DNA of 64,000 nucleotides from Phoronis australis (lineage: Eukaryota > Animalia > Phoronida). The notes beneath the pieces were generated by a model. That model worked only from the letters and a program-made list of their open reading frames with translations. It was not told the DNA's origin and did no database searches. Within the stretch, counting starts at the first letter, position 1. Each line of letters opens with the position of its first letter. The stretch is from contig NMRA01000212.1 of the NCBI GenBank assembly GCA_002633005.1, positions 423,312 to 487,311 on the forward strand, given 5' to 3'. Both the position numbers and the translations under genes were made by a program. Shown piece after piece: positions 60,645 to 64,000 of this stretch.

Positions 60645-60891
60645 CCAACAATTGGAGATTTATATGCAAGCTTCTTGGTAGCTTCATCAATTTTCATTTG
60701 AAGACTGGATTGAGGCCTCAACATGTACTTCAAGAACTGTCCCATCCACCAGACAGGAGGGTCTCCATGGAATCGTGTCAGTCTGGGAGCGAGATCTTCT
60801 GGGATAGCCAGAGGCATGTACGGAGGTCTTGGACGTAGACTGTCCACAATGGGCAGTGTCACCACCTGTGCATCCTTTATCAACTCCTGTG
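60645..60891 (-). CDS. FUT8: Alpha-1,6-fucosyltransferase exon
   Basis: Reads [52 protein letters not shown]. Phase 1 to phase 2. Confidence 0.95.
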
Positions 60892-61030
60892 CTACAATAA
60901 AGGTAAGACCAAACAAATAACTTTCAGCAAACACTTTAACGCCCTATGGCATTGCCTAAAATTGTATTTTTAAAACCTGTGTTCTGTCCAGGACACAAAA
61001 CTTTTCATTTAAACCACATACCGCTATAAA

Positions 61031-61244
61031 TTTGTCTCAACTTGTTCCTTAATCAGATGCGAAGTGACTTCTGGGTTTGTAAAGAACTGACAGTTCCGTT
61101 ATTCGTGGAGACCACGCTCGCAGCATTAAATGACACGCCGTGACAAATGAACACGTATAGCCTGATCTCAACCACTAACAAAGTGTCCGCTCTTTGGAAG
61201 CCCTGATGTCATCTCCAGTTTGTCTAAGGAACAATTTGAGACCC
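61031..61244. mobile_element. Palindromic MITE (GTCTCAA.TTGTTCCTTA...TAAGGAACAATTTGAGAC family)
   Basis: Terminal inverted repeats are visible. Same family as 20929-21105. Confidence 0.65.
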
Positions 61245-61900
61245 ATTTCATGTGAGGATAAATGGTGTAAATCAAAAATTGCTTTTTTGTAATGGTAGGC
61301 AGGTTTATAGCTGCTTTTTACATTCCGCAGTTACTGCAACATACAACTTGTCTAAGCAAGATGTTTTGCAGCAAGTATTTTTGCCACAATGTAGCAAGTT
61401 CATATTCACCAGCGCAAAATTGACAGTACTGATGACTACAGTTAAAGGGCGACATTGCCACTGTTAAGGTGCCCGTGTTGAATTCTTAACTGAAGTGCTT
61501 CAGGATTTAAAAACATCATCACTCGNAGCCCATTTCTTCAATTTCTACAGATGCCAGATCTCACATTTTACTGTGGCAGCATAATTTTGGCGATCAAACT
61601 CTGAGGAATTAAGTTCACATGAAGGGCTCTTCTTTCCATTTTAAATTGATCGAAATGCTACCAATTTTCAAAGAGACGCTGACTAATAAGAGAAGCCTTT
61701 CAACTCAATGACAATCTTAAACTTCTACAAAAAGCAGTGATTAGGGCACGTAAACATGATATGGCTTTTTAACTTCAAATATCTAGTTGTGCAGTGACGC
61801 GCATTGTTACCATGTAGTACTGCCTTCACATGGGAAAAGTTTTGCAAGCAGTAATTGGAGACCAATACTCCATTCGGTAACAGACTATCAGCAGGCCTAC

Positions 61901-62138
61901 CTCCCCAATTTCTGGAGCTGGATCCTGAAGAATCAAGGCAAGTTTGGCTAAGAGGCATGAACACTCTCTCCCAGCCATCTGGATTGTAGCGCCACCCTTT
62001 GGACTGCAGAATCAACGTCCTTCCAGTGCCGTAGGCTATGACAAAGCAGTAAACTACGTGGTGTATTTGACATCCATATCCACAGCCCTTGTTCAAGTTG
62101 CATATGACCTTCTTGGCTGTACTGCAGTCTTTTGGATT
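61901..62138 (-). CDS. FUT8: Alpha-1,6-fucosyltransferase exon (most 5' exon found; N-terminal exons probably lie beyond the window)
   Basis: Reads [51 protein letters not shown]. Phase 0 to phase 1. Confidence 0.96.
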
Positions 62139-64000
62139 CTAATGGAAGAGAATTACATATTACAGCAGTAGTCAAGCTAAAGAATAACCACATGAATCGA
62201 CAGGACTGTATTTTATTACAACTGTATTGGTCAGGAGCAAACGTTCAGTGCACACCTTCTTCAAATGTCTTCTTAAAAATACTTATTGGAAACCTATGAA
62301 AGCATAGTGCACAGTCTTCCATCTTCGGTTAAGGTTATGTAACTATGAACGCATCAACAAGTCTGGCTTTGGCAAATGAAATATCTAGAAAGTTATGGAT
62401 TTTTACTCTGACAGTAAAAATATGTATTTTCTGAAAGTAGAAAGCACACAGAATTTGATTTTTGACGTTTTACCAATCTGTTATTAATTGGGTCACGTGA
62501 CCATGCCTGTTTTTATTTTAATATGCAACTTTAAAAGATTTTATGAGAAACATAAAATTTCTATTTTTTATTTGACAGCCCCTCATGCAATAGTGGAACA
62601 TTTCAAAAACAATTACTTATAGCTTTTTTGAGAACACTGCATAAAGTATGATACTTGAAAGGCTTCACATGAATTCGAGCAGTCATTTCTGAGACATGAT
62701 GTTCCGAAATCAGCCATATTTGGCCACTGTTCTAGGGTCCTACATCCGTTCGTGTTCATGTGACCTTTCTTTCTGTCCGACAATCAGTATCTTTTATTAC
62801 ATTAATAGATTCAAGTTTTGATAATGTTTCTCCCAATGTGCCAGTCGCCATTTCAGTCAAAGGAAATGATATCAAAAACAATGTACACGGCAATACTTTT
62901 CAAGTAAATCCAGATACCGTATTCGGCGTATTAACCGCCCAGGGCGCTTAGAAAAGTTCGTTTTTTGGAGGGCGCTTATTATAACCCAAGGCCATTGAAA
63001 CCCGGTCTCCGAAATGGGTGAAATCGGAAGCTAAGATTCGTCATATTTACGCTCTGTGACATATCTGTAATCTATGAAAGACTTTTTACAAAACCATGGT
63101 GCATTGCTATCAAACTTTGCTGCTAAATTACAATCATTTTACAGAAAATTGTGCTGAAATCCCAGGGCGAAAACTCGCCGACTGACTGCCTCGCAATCGT
63201 CGATATGGCGACCTGAATGGTTGAATAAAAATACAGTTTCAAATCAAGCAAATTACCTGAAATCCTCCTTAAGTTTTCCAAGTAGTGTCTATAAGATTTT
63301 TAAGTTCACGTTTAGTCTGGATCACGGAAGGTTTAAGTACAAATCTGTGCTACATCGCGCCATCTACATGTATGATCGGCAACATGAGAAAAATGTCTGG
63401 ACGAACACACATGTTGTTGTCCCGTGACATTTGTTTTGAAGTTCGTCTGCGTTTGTGAGTAAGCGAGCGCGTGCGTGTCACCAGAGTTCATGTGCCAGAG
63501 CAGAGACCGTCTTTTGGCCAGAGCCACGCAATCTAACTGGCTAGATGTGCATTGGATCTAAAGAAATTTGCACAAGCAGTAGGCCTAAACCAGAGCGTGT
63601 TTCATTCAGCACTTGCGGGTCTCATGCTAAAAACGTTCGACATTTGTCTCGGTAAGGCCCATCTTAGTCGACAGTTATTTTTCGGTGTAAGGGTGTGTAA
63701 GCATTCACTGTCAGGGGTCATTTTATCGGATATTTGGCTTAAAAACACAAATTATGGTTCATAAAACAATTCATCTTAAAACTAGCGCAAACATTTTTTA
63801 TAGTATCAGAAACTGTCGGAAATTAGTGCCAATATTCATTTCTTGCCATTGCTGTGCTACCCGTTTCATGAATGGATAGTTTCCGACTAATGTCTTTGAT
63901 GACAGGTTCATGTAAATATGTAGCGCAAGCTTCCTGGCCACGTGCTTTTAACACTGGCCAAGCTTTTTATTAGTCTTTGATTCGCGGTTTTCAAGTGTAC

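Noticed and set aside
62140-64000. Further FUT8 N-terminal exons
   Set aside because: No TM, stem or coiled-coil FUT8-like peptide was found; the region looks like intronic repeat DNA.
1-64000. tRNA, rRNA or prokaryotic systems (operons, CRISPR-Cas, defence islands)
   Set aside because: No cloverleaf, rRNA-like or bacterial gene signatures were recognised; the genes have spliceosomal introns.

Overview
Eukaryotic (intron-containing, AT-rich) animal genomic DNA, most likely a marine invertebrate and probably a lophotrochozoan (inferred from gene and repeat style, not proven). The left ~20 kb is repeat-derived. It holds a degenerate GC-rich satellite, a decayed L1/Tx1 LINE with an internal 87-bp minisatellite, a compact virus-like cluster of intronless ORFs with four long hairpins sharing a GCTACCGA[A/G]G core, a gag-only I/Jockey-type LINE, and a ~0.67-0.82 kb tandem array spanning an assembly gap and followed by a PHD-finger remnant. 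The right ~44 kb holds four host genes that I rebuilt by hand from splice-phase-consistent exons. (1) A ~1789-aa stonin/Stoned-B gene on the minus strand, with a Stoned-A-like helical motif and a 3x DLDFF repeat fused in frame. (2) A head-to-head ~311-aa gene on the plus strand with a degenerate bZIP/leucine zipper and a C-terminal death domain. (3) A ~305-aa two-Ig type I membrane protein on the plus strand. (4) The 3' five coding exons of alpha-1,6-fucosyltransferase FUT8 on the minus strand. Several MITEs lie in introns and intergenic DNA, including a CAC...GTG foldback element with a 5-bp TSD. All homology calls are from recognised motifs and memory; no database search was run.
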